DNA of 64,000 bases, taken from positions 32,674,001 through 32,738,000 of the forward strand of contig CATNEN010000038.1 in the NCBI GenBank assembly GCA_950097015.1, read 5' to 3'. How positions within the stretch are numbered: the first letter of the stretch is position 1; each line of letters opens with the position of its first letter. The stretch is from Macrostomum hystrix (taxonomy: Eukaryota > Animalia > Platyhelminthes). Of this stretch, positions 13,301-26,100 are shown one piece after another. The position numbers were made by a program, and so were the translations under genes. The notes beneath the pieces are model-generated. The model did not search any database. It was given only the letters and a program-made list of their open reading frames with translations, and was not told where the DNA came from.

Positions 13301-15559
13301 ACTCCGTCTCAAGAGGATCACTCAACTAGCGTTATTAGCGGCAATCTAACAGGATTAATATCCGGCGGCAATAATAACAATTTGAATAATCCCAGTCGGA
13401 TTAGCCATCATCCTATTGTTGGCGGCGGCGCCGGCGGTATCAACGGGTCGCCATGGCAACAGTATATCAAACAGTTCACCAACATGGGCCCGTGCCCAAT
13501 CTGCGGTGATAAAATATCCGGCTATCATTATGGAATATTCTCGTGCGAATCGTGCAAAGGATTCTTTAAACGCACCGTTCAGAACAAGAAAACTTACCTT
13601 TGTCATCGCGGTAGTCAGTCTGCCTGCGAGATGTCATTGCTGTCTAGGTGAGCCACTTCGCCTTCTGTGGGCCCCGATGCTTTTTCCGTCTACTCTTAAG
13701 CTTGATTTCCCTCGGTTCTTTATCCTTCTCTACTCTTCAGTAGGATTTCCTTATACTCTTTAGTGGGATTTCCGTCTTCTCTTCGGCAGGATTTCCATCT
13801 GCCCTTCAGCAGGAATCCCCTCTACTCTTTAGCGGGGTTTCTCTCTATTTTTAGAGGGATTTCCCTATGCCCTTCAGCGGTATTTCCCTCTACTCTTCAG
13901 TGTGATTTCCTTCTACTCTTTAATGGGGTTTCCCTCTACTCTTCGCCGGGATTTCGCATTACCCTCTGGTAGGATTTCCCATTACACTATTTGCAGGCAT
14001 AATTCTGAACCAATCCCACTCTCAAAATAATCAATTTATCCCAGAAAAAAGTGTCCAGCCTGTCGACTGCGCAAATGCTTAGACAAGGGCATGAGAGTTG
14101 AAGCCATTCGCTGCGATCGCACCAGGGGCGGTCGCTCCCTCTACACCGGCATGCGAGCAACTGCGCTGCAGTCGCCCGCGCCTAGCGCACAGCAGCAGCA
14201 GCAGCAGCAGCTGGCTACTGCAGATTCCTCATCTCTGCCTAATTCGTCAACTTCTTCGTCATTTGCGTCCGGCGCTGCTCAACCGGCGTCTTTGCCGCCT
14301 CCCCTGACTCAGGCCGCTCTGCCAGCATCATCAGCCGCAGCAGCAGCAGCATCAGGGCCCCTTGAAGATCCCGACTCGGCCGTGTCAGCCAGCCTGCCGG
14401 CCTGCATTGCCGAAGCCCTTAACAGCGAGCGAGCTGTTATGCTTGAGGAGGACAGCCTTGACTTGGCTGAAACTGCCGCCGACGAATCCGCCGTCTATCG
14501 AGCCCTCCTTCTCCTAGCCGAGCGCCGACTCTACCGCCTAGTCAGATGGTCGCGCCATCTGCCTGCGTTCAACGCCGTCAGCACCGAGGATCAGATCGCC
14601 CTGCTGCAGAACTGCTGGATTGAATTGCTCTGCTTCGACTGCTGCTGGCGGTCATTGCAGACACCCAGCGAAATTCGCCTCACTGCTAATAAGTGCATCA
14701 ATTTGGAGGCCGCCAGAGAACTGGGAGCTGATAGTATTGTGGCTGAAATTCTAGCCCTGACTGGCGACCTGTGTCGCGTCGGCCTGACCCTGACTGAATA
14801 CGCCTGTCTGAAGGTCATTGTGCTGATGCAACCGGATGCACAGGATTTGTCTTGTCCGGATAAGGTTAGTTTATGAATACTTTGGGATTGCAGTTACTCC
14901 GATACGATACTCTCAATCAAATCCCTATTTTATGAAACCGGTAATTTCCCATCAAATCCTCAGATTAGTATTCCAGTAATTTCCCATCAAATCCTCAGAT
15001 TAGGATTCGAGTAATTTCCCATCAAATCCTCAGATTAGGATTCGAGTAATTTCCCATCAAATCCTCAGATTGGGATTCCAGTAATTTCCCATCAAATCCT
15101 CAGATTGGGATTCCAGTAATTTCCCATCAAATCCTCAGATTGGGATTACAGTAATTTCTCATCAAATTCTCAGATTGGGATTACAGTAATTTACCATCAA
15201 ATCCTCAGATTGGGGTTCTAGTGGGATTGACTCAGATATCCTCAGAACTAGCAAATCCGTAATATGTTAGTTCGATTTCCAGTAATGTCTAACCAATCTC
15301 ATCTCACTCTCATCCACTTCAAAAGGTTCGCGCCTGCCTAGACGACATGTGCCAGTCGCTGATGTCTCACACTGTCGCCCTCTATCCAAACGAGCCTAAT
15401 AAATTTGCTGAATTATTTCTAAAGATGGCCGATTTAAAACGCACAGCTTCCGCCGCTTGGTCCATGCTAGCCGGCAAAGATTTAAGCCCTTATCTGGAAT
15501 CCAGCAGCCTGCTAATGGAGCTTTTTAAATCCAGTCGTATTCGCAGCGGTCGCAGTTGA
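7389..15559 (+). CDS. Hr39: Nuclear receptor of the NR5/FTZ-F1 family, HR39 (NR5B)-like
   Basis: Exons 7389-8180, 13277-13647, 14045-14864 and 15326-15559, with GT-AG sites and consistent phases. Q-rich A/B region; C4 [34 protein letters not shown]; FTZ-F1 box [13 protein letters not shown] (the RTRGGRS form is HR39-type); LBD signature WSRHLPAF...[10 protein letters not shown]; AF-2 SLLMELF. Confidence 0.9.
8425..13235. repeat. 34-bp minisatellite, ~140 copies, filling the first coding intron of the nuclear receptor gene
   Basis: Unit AATTA(G/A)AGCTGTAATAACA(G/T)ATGTACTGAA(TT/TG/GG)AT; period 34. Confidence 0.97.
14940..15225. repeat. 35-bp intronic tandem repeat, ~8 copies
   Basis: Unit AGTAATTTCCCATCAAATCCTCAGATT(G/A)GGATTCC in the last intron of the nuclear receptor gene. 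Confidence 0.9.
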
Positions 15560-15602
15560 CTAACTGACTCATTGCGTCACAAATTTTATTTTTTTAAGTC
15601 GC

Positions 15603-17030
15603 TGGCATTCTAGCCTACTTCAAGTAGGATAAATGTGTGTCTATGGCATTCTAGCCTACTTCAAGTAGGATAAATGTGTGTCTATGGCATTCTAGCCTAC
15701 TTCAAGTAGGATAAATGTGTGTCTATGGCATTCTAGCCTACTTCAAGTAGGATAAATGTGTGTCTATGGCATTCTAGCCTACTTCAAGTAGGATAAATGT
15801 GTGTCTATGGCATTCTAGCCTACTTCAAGTAGGATAAATGTGTGTCTATGGCATTCTAGCCTACTTCAAGTAGGATAAATGTGTGTCTATGGCATTCTAG
15901 CCTACTTCAAGTAGGATAAATGTGTGTCTATGGCATTCTAGCCTACTTCAAGTAGGATAAATGTGTGTCTATGGCATTCTAGCCTACTTCAAGTAGGATA
16001 AATGTGTGTCTATGGCATTCTAGCCTACTTCAAGTAGGATAAATGTGTGTCTATGGCATTCTAGCCTACTTCAAGTAGGATAAATGTGTGTCTATGGCAT
16101 TCTAGCCTACTTCAAGTAGGATAAATGTGTGTCTATGGCATTCTAGCCTACTTCAAGTAGGATAAATGTGTGTCTATGGCATTCTAGCCTACTTCAAGTA
16201 GGATAAATGTGTGTCTATGGCATTCTAGCCTACTTCAAGTAGGATAAATGTGTGTCTATGGCATTCTAGCCTACTTCAAGTAGGATAAATGTGTGTCTAT
16301 GGCATTCTAGCCTACTTCAAGTAGGATAAATGTGTGTCTATGGCATTCTAGCCTACTTCAAGTAGGATAAATGTGTGTCTATGGCATTCTAGCCTACTTC
16401 AAGTAGGATAAATGTGTGTCTATGGCATTCTAGCCTACTTCAAGTAGGATAAATGTGTGTCTATGGCATTCTAGCCTACTTCAAGTAGGATAAATATGTG
16501 TCTATGGCATTCTAGCCTACTTCAATTAGGATAAATGTGTGTCTATGGCATTCTAGCCTACTTCAAGTAGGATAAATGTGTGTCTATGGCATTCTAGCCT
16601 ACTTCAAGTAGGATAAATGTGTGTCTATGGCATTCTAGCCTACTTCAAGTAGGATAAATGTGTGTCTATGGCATTCTAGCCTACTTCAAGTAGGATAAAT
16701 GTGTGTCTATGGCATTCTAGCCTACTTCAAGTAGGATAAATGTGTGTCTATGGCATTCTAGCCTACTTCAAGTAGGATAAATGTGTGTCTATGGCATTCT
16801 AGCCTACTTCAAGTAGGATAAATGTGTGTCTATGGCATTCTAGCCTACTTCAAGTAGGATAAATGTGTGTCTATGGCATTCTAGCCTACTTCAAGTAGGA
16901 TAAATGTGTGTCTATGGCATTCTAGCCTACTTCAAGTAGGATAAATGTGTGTCTATGGCATTCTAGCCTACTTCAAGTAGGATAAATGTGTGTCTATGGC
17001 ATTCTAGCCTACTTCAAGTAGGATAAATAT
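15603..17030. repeat. Near-perfect 41-bp satellite, ~35 copies, starting 44 nt after the nuclear receptor stop codon
   Basis: Unit TGGCATTCTAGCCTACTTCAAGTAGGATAAATGTGTGTCTA; only a few substitutions visible across the array. Confidence 0.97.
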
Positions 17031-18129
17031 GTTAAACTTTAACTTTTAATGCTAATTTATTTCTCGTTAGGTTAAGAACACTTGTTGTTAAAAAATGTTA
17101 TGTAATAACATTGTGTAAATATGTTAACTCTTTAGTTTGTTCAGTTATCCATATGTTTAGCTCACCGCTGTTACGTAAACGTTAATTATTAATTCTCAAT
17201 TCTCACTCTCTCGGGTTATAATTTTGTTAGAAATTTAATTTTCAATCATATGCTCGCGAGTATATTGTGTTTTTAATTAGTAATACATTAGTTTTAACTA
17301 CAATGGTACGTTAACGCTTCCATAGCGTTAAATTCAGATTTCAGGGCTCGATATTAGCTAATTAAAATGCACCACTGCTTAAAATGATGTGTTGTGTTTA
17401 TATTATTATATTTTCAAACGAATATGTACCAGCAGCTAAGAATATCTGTCGCTAGTTTCCTTTGTAATTATCCCCTTATTGTCGCACAAAAATGCAACTT
17501 CAATCTTGTTTTTTTGTTTTTTTTGTTTATTCTTTAAAACGCGAACAAAAATTTTAGTTTTAGTCTCATTGTGTTTAATTCTCATTGGTTAATCTCATTG
17601 CAATGCAAATTTTAGCATCCCAACCTCGCTAGAACTAGGTCGCTCGCTTATTTTCTGCTATTCGCTATTATATTTACATTTGGCTAAAACTTATTGTTCG
17701 CTTTTTGCAGTTCATTTTGGCTTTCTATTTGAATTTCCAGCACAAATTAGCGCTTACACACGCACTCTAGCTACTGTTGCTCAGTAGTGTGTTAACTCAT
17801 CAGTTTCTTTTTTTATTAAGTTGCATGTTCAACGATTGTCATTGTTATTATTATTTAACTTACCTGTCATAGACAACACCCCATTGTACAAAACTTGTGT
17901 TTTATGCATATGCTATTCTCTTATATGTTACTATTTCTATATTTCTCTCTCTAGGCTATGATATGTTTGTTCGCCCAATGGAACTATATTATTATGAGAT
18001 CATTTCAATTGTTAAACTTGTAATTAAATATGCAAAAGTACTGACTTTATCTATAATTAACTGTTTATTTCCAAGAATAAACGTTGTCTCTCTGTGCTTA
18101 TTATCTGAAAATATAGCAATCTTTTGTAG

Positions 18130-18540
18130 TTTAGTAGATTGAATGTGGCAGTTGGTAGATTGTGAGAATGGGCTGGCAGTTAGTAGATTGCGAGTGTGGG
18201 CTGGCAGTTAGTAGATTGTGAGTGTGGGCTGGCAGTTGGTAGATTAGTAGATTGTTAGTGTGGGCTGGCAGTTGGTAGATTGTGAGTGTGGGCTGGCAGT
18301 TAGTAGATTGTGAGTGTGGGCTGGCAGTTGGTACTCGTAGATAAGTAGATTGTGAGTATGGGCTGGCAGTTAGTAGATTGTGAGTGTGGGCTGGCAGTTA
18401 GTAGATTGTGAGTGTGGGCTGGCAGTTGGTAGATTGTGAGTGTGGGCTGGCAGTTGGTAGATTGTTAGTGTGGGCTGGCAGTTGGTAGATTGTTAGTGTG
18501 GGCTGGCAGTTGGTTGATTGTTAGTGTGGGCTGGCAGTCA
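18130..18540. repeat. 28-bp tandem repeat upstream of RRM2, probably in a 5'-UTR intron or outron
   Basis: Unit GTGTGGGCTGGCAGTT(A/G)GTAGATTGTGA, followed by the acceptor-like TTCTTGAATTGCAG at 18573. Confidence 0.9.
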
Positions 18541-18603
18541 GCAAATCGTTCAGCTTCCTTTCTTGAATTGCAGCTTTTCGAGACTAAAACGTCGGACTTA
18601 ATC

Positions 18604-19689
18604 ATGGACTCAGTGGCTATTGAGAATGTTCCACCAGTGCAGGCACAGTTGGATGCCGCTAAGCAGCCGATCAAGGCTGGCAGTCCTTTGAAGAACCAGC
18701 AGCAGCAGTCATCGGATGAGCCGCTTCTACGCGATAATCCGCACCGCTTTGTGATCATGCCCATTCAGTACCACGACATCTGGCAGATGTACAAGAAGGC
18801 CGTGGCCAGCTTCTGGACAGTCGAGGAGGTTGACCTCAGCAAGGATCTGGAGGACTGGAAGCGGCTCACAGACAACGAGCGCCACTTTGTGTCCTACGTT
18901 CTGGCCTTCTTTGCCGCCTCCGATGGCATAGTCAACGAGAACCTGGTCGAACGCTTCTCCCAGGAGGTGCAGATTCCTGAGGCCCGCTGTTTCTACGGCT
19001 TCCAGATCATGATTGAGAACGTCCACTCGGAGATGTACTCGCTGCTCATCGATAGCTACGTTCGCGATCCGGCCAAGCGCGACCTGCTGTTCAACGCCAT
19101 CGAGACCCTGCCGCCTGTGCGACAGAAGGCCGACTGGGCGCTCAACTGGATCTCACATCGGCGAGCCACCTTCGGCGAGCGAATTGTCGCCTTCGCCGCT
19201 GTTGAAGGCATCTTCTTCAGCGGCAGCTTCGCCGCCATCTTCTGGCTGAAGAAGCGCGGCCTCATGCCCGGTCTGACATTCAGCAACGAGCTCATCAGCC
19301 GCGACGAGGGCCTCCACACCGACTTCGCCTGCCTGATGTTCCGCCACCTGCGTCAGCCGCCAAGTCAGGAACGCATCACCGAGATCATCAGGGACGCCGT
19401 GGCCATCGAACAGAGCTTCTTGACCGAAGCCCTGCCGGTGTCTCTCATCGGCATGAACTGCGCCTCAATGTGTCGCTACATCGAATTCGTGGCCGACCGG
19501 CTGCTGACCGAGCTCGACTGCCCGAAGCTCTTCAACTCGGAGAATCCGTTCGACTTCATGGAGAACATCAGCCTGGAGGGCAAGACCAACTTCTTCGAGA
19601 AGCGAGTCGGCGAATACCAGAAAGCCGGCGTGATGAGCCGCGTGATGGGCGAGAACAATCGCGAGTTCAAGATGGACGCCGACTTCTAA
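18604..19689 (+). CDS. RRM2: Ribonucleoside-diphosphate reductase small (R2) subunit, intronless CDS
   Basis: Motifs [68 protein letters not shown] and [16 protein letters not shown]. The first ATG is at 18604; the track start at 18490 is a TTG inside a repeat. Confidence 0.97.
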   Translation: MDSVAIENVPPVQAQLDAAKQPIKAGSPLKNQQQQSSDEPLLRDNPHRFVIMPIQYHDIWQMYKKAVASFWTVEEVDLSKDLEDWKRLTDNERHFVSYVLAFFAASDGIVNENLVERFSQEVQIPEARCFYGFQIMIENVHSEMYSLLIDSYVRDPAKRDLLFNAIETLPPVRQKADWALNWISHRRATFGERIVAFAAVEGIFFSGSFAAIFWLKKRGLMPGLTFSNELISRDEGLHTDFACLMFRHLRQPPSQERITEIIRDAVAIEQSFLTEALPVSLIGMNCASMCRYIEFVADRLLTELDCPKLFNSENPFDFMENISLEGKTNFFEKRVGEYQKAGVMSRVMGENNREFKMDADF

Positions 19690-19819
19690 TGGCTTGGAGT
19701 TGACTCCGGTGACCTCGTGTCCTCCTTCGCTGGGAGAATTTTTAATACCGTTCATAAATTTCTGACACTCCCTATCCCTATCTGTCTGTTGTGAATGCGT
19801 GCGTTTTTACTATCAGTTT

Positions 19820-21375
19820 TCACTGTCTGTCAGTTCTGACTGTTTGTCTGTAAGATCTGACTGTCTGTCTCTTCTGTGTCTGTCAGTTCTGACTGTCTGT
19901 CAGTTCTGACTGTCTGTCTGACTGTTCTGACTGTCTGTCTGACTGTTCTGACTGTCTGTCTGACTGTCCGTCTGTCAGTTCTGACTGTCTGTCTGACTGT
20001 TCTGACTGTCTGTCTGACTGTCTGTCTGACTGTTCTGTCTGTCTGACTGTCCGTCTGTCAGTTCTGACTGTCTGTCTGACTGTTCTGACTGTTCTGACTG
20101 TCTGTCTGACTGTCTGTCTGACTGTTCTGACTGTCTGTCTGACTGTTCTGACTGTCTGTCTGACTGTTCTGACTGTCTGTCTGACTGTCCGTCTGTCAGT
20201 TCTGACTGTCTGTCTGACTGTCTGTCTGACTGTTCTGACTGTCTGTCTGACTGTTCTGACTGTCTGTCTGACTGTTCTGACTGTCTGTCTGACTGTCCGT
20301 CTGTCAGTTCTGACTGTCTGTCTGACTGTTCTGACTGTCTGTCTGTCAGTTCTGACTGTCTGTCAGTTCTGACTGTCTGTCAGTTCTGACTGTCTGTCTG
20401 ACTGTTCTGACTGTCTGTCTGACTGTCTGTCTGACTGTCTGTCTGACTGTCTGTCTGACTGTCTGTCTGACTGTCTGTCTGACTGTTCTGACTGTCTGTC
20501 TGACTGTCTGTCTGACTGTCTGTCTGTCTGACTGTCTGACTGTCTGTCTGACTGTCCGTCTGTCAGTTCTGACTGTCTGTCAGTTCTGACTGTCTGTCAG
20601 TTCTGACTGTCTGTCTGTCAGTTCTGACTGTCTGTCAGTTCTGACTGTCTGTCTGTCAGTTCTGACTGTCTGTCTGTCAGTTCTGACTGTCTGTCTGTCA
20701 GTTCTGACTGTCTGTCTGTCAGTTCTGTCTGTCTGTCAGTTCTGACTGTCTGTCAGTTCTGACTGTCTGTCTGTCAGTTCTGACTGTCTGTCAGTTCTGA
20801 CTGTCTGTCAGTTCTGACTGTCTGTCTGACTGTTCTGACTGTCTGTCTGACTGTCTGACTGACTGTCTGTCTGACTGTCTGTCTGACTGTCTGTCTGACT
20901 GTTCTGACTGTCTGTCTGACTGTTCTGACTGTCTGTCTGACTGTCCGTCTGTCAGTTCTGACTGTCCGTCTGTCAGTTCTGACTGTCTGTCTGACTGTTC
21001 TGACTGTCTGTCTGACTGTCCGTCTGTCAGTTCTGACTGTCTGTCTGTCAGTTCTGGCTGTCTGTCAGTTCTGACTGTCCGTCTGTCAGTTCTGACTGTC
21101 TGTCAGTTCTGACTGTCTGTCTGACTGTTCTGACTTTCTGTCTGTCAGTTCTGACTGTCTGTCTGACTGTCCGTCTGTCAGTTCTGACTGTCTGTCTGAC
21201 TGTCCGTCTGTCAGTTCTGACTGTCTGTCTGTCAGTTCTGACTGTCTGTCTGACTGTTCTGACTTTCTGTCTGTCAGTTCTGACTGTCTGTCTGTCAGTT
21301 CTGACTGTCTGTCTGACTTTCTGTCTGTCAGTTCTGTCCGTCAGTTTTCACTGTCTAAGTTCTGTCCGTCTGTCT
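19820..21375. repeat. Compound (CTGT/CTGA/CAGTT) microsatellite-like array
   Basis: Variants of CTGACTGTCTGT and CAGTTCTGACTGT in tandem. Confidence 0.95.
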
Positions 21376-22893
21376 TGTTTTACAATTTACATCTAAAACT
21401 ATATTTTTGACCACGCGTGAAAGGTATTGCTGTTCAAAACTCGAAGTCCGAATTTGACAATAAGTGTCAGCATTTTTCTAGTTATTACAAAATATTTGAA
21501 TTATTTAATATAAATTTAATTTTATTTTGCTACAGCTATTTTTTTGCGAACTTTTCAACTGCAAGTTTTTCGATAATTTGCCGTTTTTCGATGCTAATTT
21601 CGCATTTTTTCTAATGTACTACTGTCCAATTTATACTGTGAGTAGTAACAGTGGCATTTCACCTTCTCTCTTTTTTGCACAAGCTGTGCCATCGGCAAAA
21701 AAATTTAAACAACTATTAAATAAAATGCTCAATAAATTGGCTTCATTCAATTAGTTTTATTTTCGTAAAATTGTGGCAGTTCAGCCAGTTGTATACTGTC
21801 TTAATGTTTTAACTACTTCTAGTCATCTATATTCGTTAAATTAGTAAATAGTTAACGATTTATTTTTTAGTCCTGAATCGTTAAACTTTATTAACTTTTT
21901 AAACTAACTAAATTCGGTGCATAAACGTTACACTTTATTTAAGATATTCGTTACAGTGGTCTGCTGTGATCAGTGAAAGTTAATTCAATCGACGAGCTGC
22001 GCAGTTTAAATTTGAATTTCAGTCATCTTAGCATAGAAAATAGAAAGAGAATCTAACCAAATTATTAATAAGCAGACGTCGAACTGCCAGTCTTTTAAAT
22101 CACCATTCTGATTGGTTGAGAGCGAGCAGGACACAAGCATATTTTTTTCTTTCAAATTTGGTTCGTCAAAGTAAATTTCGATTCGAAAAAAATAGTCTGT
22201 GTAAAAATATTTGCTTACAAATATGAACAAAGCAAGAATGTTGTTGCAACAGATAAAGATCTGATAAAAAATTTACAAGTGTAATTAATGGCTCATGAAA
22301 GAAATTCTCTATCAGCGATTGGTAAATCAGTAAATTTAATAATCAATTAATATTACTAACAATCAAGTATGCAAGTAAGATTCATAATTTTCTTAAAAGG
22401 AGAAAACTGATGAATGCAGCAAATATGCTACTTTTGGTAATCGAGCACTACTCAGATAGTTATAACAAAATATGGTAGCAAAAAAAGAATTGGCGCGAAT
22501 TTAAATGGCGCCGTTTATAAATGCAGATTCCAAATCGAATTATTGAATGAGTATTGAAATGTACACTGCAAGATGTACACACAAACAACTTTAATAAAAG
22601 ACTACGAAGTACAATCTAACGGATTAGCTGAAGTTCTTGATAATAGGATAAGTTAATTTTCAGCAAGAAATAATCTTTTTCGGTTAAAGATCTTATCATT
22701 TTACACGGAAGACACTGCACTGATTGGATTACAATCACTAATAGGCACCAGTATTATTTGTAATTGCATTTATAGCCGATTTATTGATTAACAAACTTCG
22801 AGCATGAATGAAAAAGTAAGTGGAGATTTCGCGTAAGATAAATTTAGACTTGGAATTTCAGGATTAAGGATTATAACAATCTGAAGATACTAT

Positions 22894-23097
22894 GTATTAA
22901 TTTTGCATGCTAAGTGAGACTATTTTCTATCAATCTGAGACTGAATAGCAAAAATGCTTGATAGTCTATGGCCAATCCTCAATTCCGGCGTGCCTGAATG
23001 CTAGTCTGAAGCGAGGTTTGGCCATAGACTATAACGCACTTTTGCTATTCAGTCTCAGATTGCTTGAAAGTCTCCCTTAGCATGCAAAAATCAATAC
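22894..23097. mobile_element. ~200-bp palindromic (fold-back) non-autonomous element
   Basis: Arms of ~85 bp (22894-22980 and 23013-23097) are imperfect reverse complements, including CAATCTGAGACTGAATAGCAAAA and ATAGTCTATGGCCAA / TTGGCCATAGACTAT. Confidence 0.85.
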
Positions 23098-23180
23098 CAA
23101 CGCTACTACACAGGAATCTAAAAAAAGTTCATTCATGCTCGAGATCATTTGAATGTCAAGGTGCTGAAATCTCATTCTCG

Positions 23181-26100
23181 TTACCAGGAGATTCGCCGAC
23201 CTCTCCCAGCCGGGTGCTGCAACAGCGGCGACCGCTCATCGACGCAATCGACCTGTCGGCCGTTCGATGTTGGCTCTGTCGGCGACTCCGGATGCCGCCT
23301 CGGACTGGGCCGACTGGGTGGCGAAGGTGTGGCTGGCGACGCGCCGCCCACAGCGCTGACACTGTCGATATTGTCGTCGTCGTCGGCCTGGCGGCGAAGC
23401 AGGGCCCGACGATCCCGATCCCGACGCCTCGGATTCAACGAGGAGCAGCGCTGCCTGCCGCGCGACGATAAAATGCTGTTCCGATAGCCGCCAATGTCCG
23501 ATGACGGCGTGCGACAACCAGAGGCCGCCGCCTGCTGCTGCTGTTGCCGCTGCCGCAGCTGCTGCTGGCTGAGCTGCAGCAGGCTGGTGGCGCGCAGGAA
23601 CGACACAGACCGGCGACGAAACGGCACCGGCTGGACTAGCGTGGCTGCGGCTGTGGCGGCGCCGGCTGCCACTGCGGCGGCTGCGACGGCGTCCACGGCG
23701 GCCACGGTCGGGTCGGCAACAGCTGTGCGGCGCTGCTGCCGCCGACGGTAGCGCTGGACCAGAACGAACACCAGAAACAGAGTCATCTGCGGTGGGAGGA
23801 TGACGAGATTTCGAAGCGATATCGAATGAGATTTTGCCATTACGAAATTCTTGCACGAGATTTTGAAGCTTATCTAACTAATCCCAGACTTTGAAGCCTT
23901 TGTAATCCAGGGGTGAGATATTGAAGCCTTCTAATCCAAGGGGTGAGATTTTGAAGCCTTTCTAATCCCAGGGGTGAGATTTTGAAGCCTTTCTAACCCC
24001 AGGGGTGAGATTTTGAAGCCCTTATAATCCCAGGGGTGAGATTTTGAAGCCCTTCTAATCCCAGGGGTGTGATTTTGAAGCCCTTCTAACCCAAGGGGTG
24101 AGATTTTGAAGCCTTTCTAACCCCAGGGGTGAGATTTTGAAGCCAATTCAAACCCCAGGAGTTTTAGAAAGCTTTTAGATTTTCTAAGGTAATATTCAGA
24201 GTTTTTTCAATCCCAGAAGGTGATAAAAAATGATTCCCACTCACAGTAACCAGCGACAGTCCGGAGCCGGCTGTGGTGGCCCAGCCAAATGAAGAATTGT
24301 CAACTAGGAAGCCACCAGCTATCGGGCCGACAAATTCGCTGAGAAAAAAAATAATAAAAATCTAAAAACAAAACTGTCATTCGCGTTAAGTTCTATTAAC
24401 AGTAGGAAGAACGGGCTAGTGTGGCTATTTGAAATACCCTCGCGGTTTTTCTACTGTTAAAAATCAGGCGCAGGGCGTACCCGAATGCGTAGGCGGAGCC
24501 CCATAAACCGCCGATAGCGCCGTGCAACGAGACGTCGTCGGGTAAGCCGGCCTGTCTAAAAAAATACGGACACAGGTGTGAGACACTGAGAGGAATTTGT
24601 CAATTCAGACGCCAAGAATAGGAAATCGACGAATCACAAATCGAAGAAACGGAAATCGACGAATTGGAAATAGACGAATCAGAAATCGACGAATCGGAAT
24701 CGACAAATCAGAAATCGACGAATTGGAAATCAACTAATTAGAAATTTACGAATCAGAAATCGACGAATCGGAATCGACGAATCAGAAATCGACGAATCAG
24801 AAATCAAGGAATTGGAACTTGATGAATCAGGAATAGTTAACAATCAACAAATGTAGACTTACTCGGCAGCGTCCAGCATGTACTCATAACTGGGCACAAT
24901 ACCCATAGAGTTAAACAGGCCCAGCATGGCCAGTGAAGCAATGATAAGTGCCAAACTGCCATTGGCACTGTCCGGGGCATTGTTGGTAAACAGCGGCGAT
25001 GGTCCCAGCATAGCCAGACAGGCAGTGCAGCCAGCTAGACTCAATAGTACAAGCGGATTGAGGTCGCTGATTCGCTCCGTCAGCCAGCCGAAAGCCGGAG
25101 CTGACAAAGCGTAGGTGCCGGCCGTGAGCAGGAAAACTAGACCGATTAGTTGAGCACTCAGGCTGAAACTGCTCAGGCGAGGCTCCAATATTGGCTCGAA
25201 TATTGACCAAACAATGGCCAGTACGGTTACCGTCCAAACCATCATGAGGATACCTGCGTGATGCGGGATTAGTAACTTGAACCTTCAGTGGGACATCGAT
25301 AATCCTCAGGGTACTCAAACCACCTGACCCTACAGTGGGATATCGATAATCCTCAGGGCACTCAAAACACCTGACCCTGCAGTGGGATATCGATAATCCT
25401 CAGGGTACTCACCTGACCCTGCAGTGGGATATCGATAATCCTCAGGGTACTTAAAACACCTGAGCCTTTGGCGGGATATCAATAATACTGAACGTACTTA
25501 AAAGTCCCAAACTCTGAACTTGGGATATATTTACTATCCAAGGTTACTGAAACAATATAACTTTTCCGATTTATAAGTTATAAAAAATGCTAGGTTTAAA
25601 AGCAGTCTCCAAGACAGTGGATTTTAAAGTGGATTTAAATTACTATAAATTGCCTATATTTCCATATTTTGACTAGTAGTACACTATATATATACATATC
25701 TATATATATAAAAGTGAAAACTCTGTCTGTCTGTCTGTCTGTCTGTGTGCAACCTTTTGTCTTTATAGACGCCGAAACCGCTCAACCAAATCGCACCAAA
25801 CTTTGCACATACCTAAAACCACCTACGCTGAGTGCAATAGGCTACTCAAATTCCCGAAAAATCATTTCCTTCCTGCTCAAAAGTGCAAAAAACTGCTCAA
25901 AAATCGTCAAAAAATCACTCAATTCGACATATCGTCGCCCCACTTTGTCAGATTTTCTCCAAATTTGATCCACTTACACTTTACATGTTTTCCAACAATG
26001 CTGTCAATTTTGAACATCTCTACTCAATCCAGAGCAAAGCTGCATCATCTCAAAGTGAGTCACTTTTTGTTTTCCGAGGACAGCCACCCCAACTCCCCTC

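Noticed and set aside
15603-17030. CRISPR-like appearance (palindromic repeat of ~40 bp)
   Set aside because: The units are head-to-tail with no unique spacers, there are no cas genes, and the context is eukaryotic.
18490-18603. N-terminal extension of the RRM2 ORF in the track
   Set aside because: It starts at a TTG inside the 28-bp repeat, upstream of a splice acceptor. The ATG at 18604 is preferred.
18604-19689. Possible viral or horizontally acquired RNR, given the intronless GC-rich CDS
   Set aside because: The sequence is typical eukaryotic R2, has the host-like CAG/poly-Q tract, and has no viral neighbours.
21400-22400. Possible DNA-transposon remnant (ATTCTGATTGGTTGAGAGCGAGCAGGACAC)
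   Set aside because: No termini or coding remnant could be defined.
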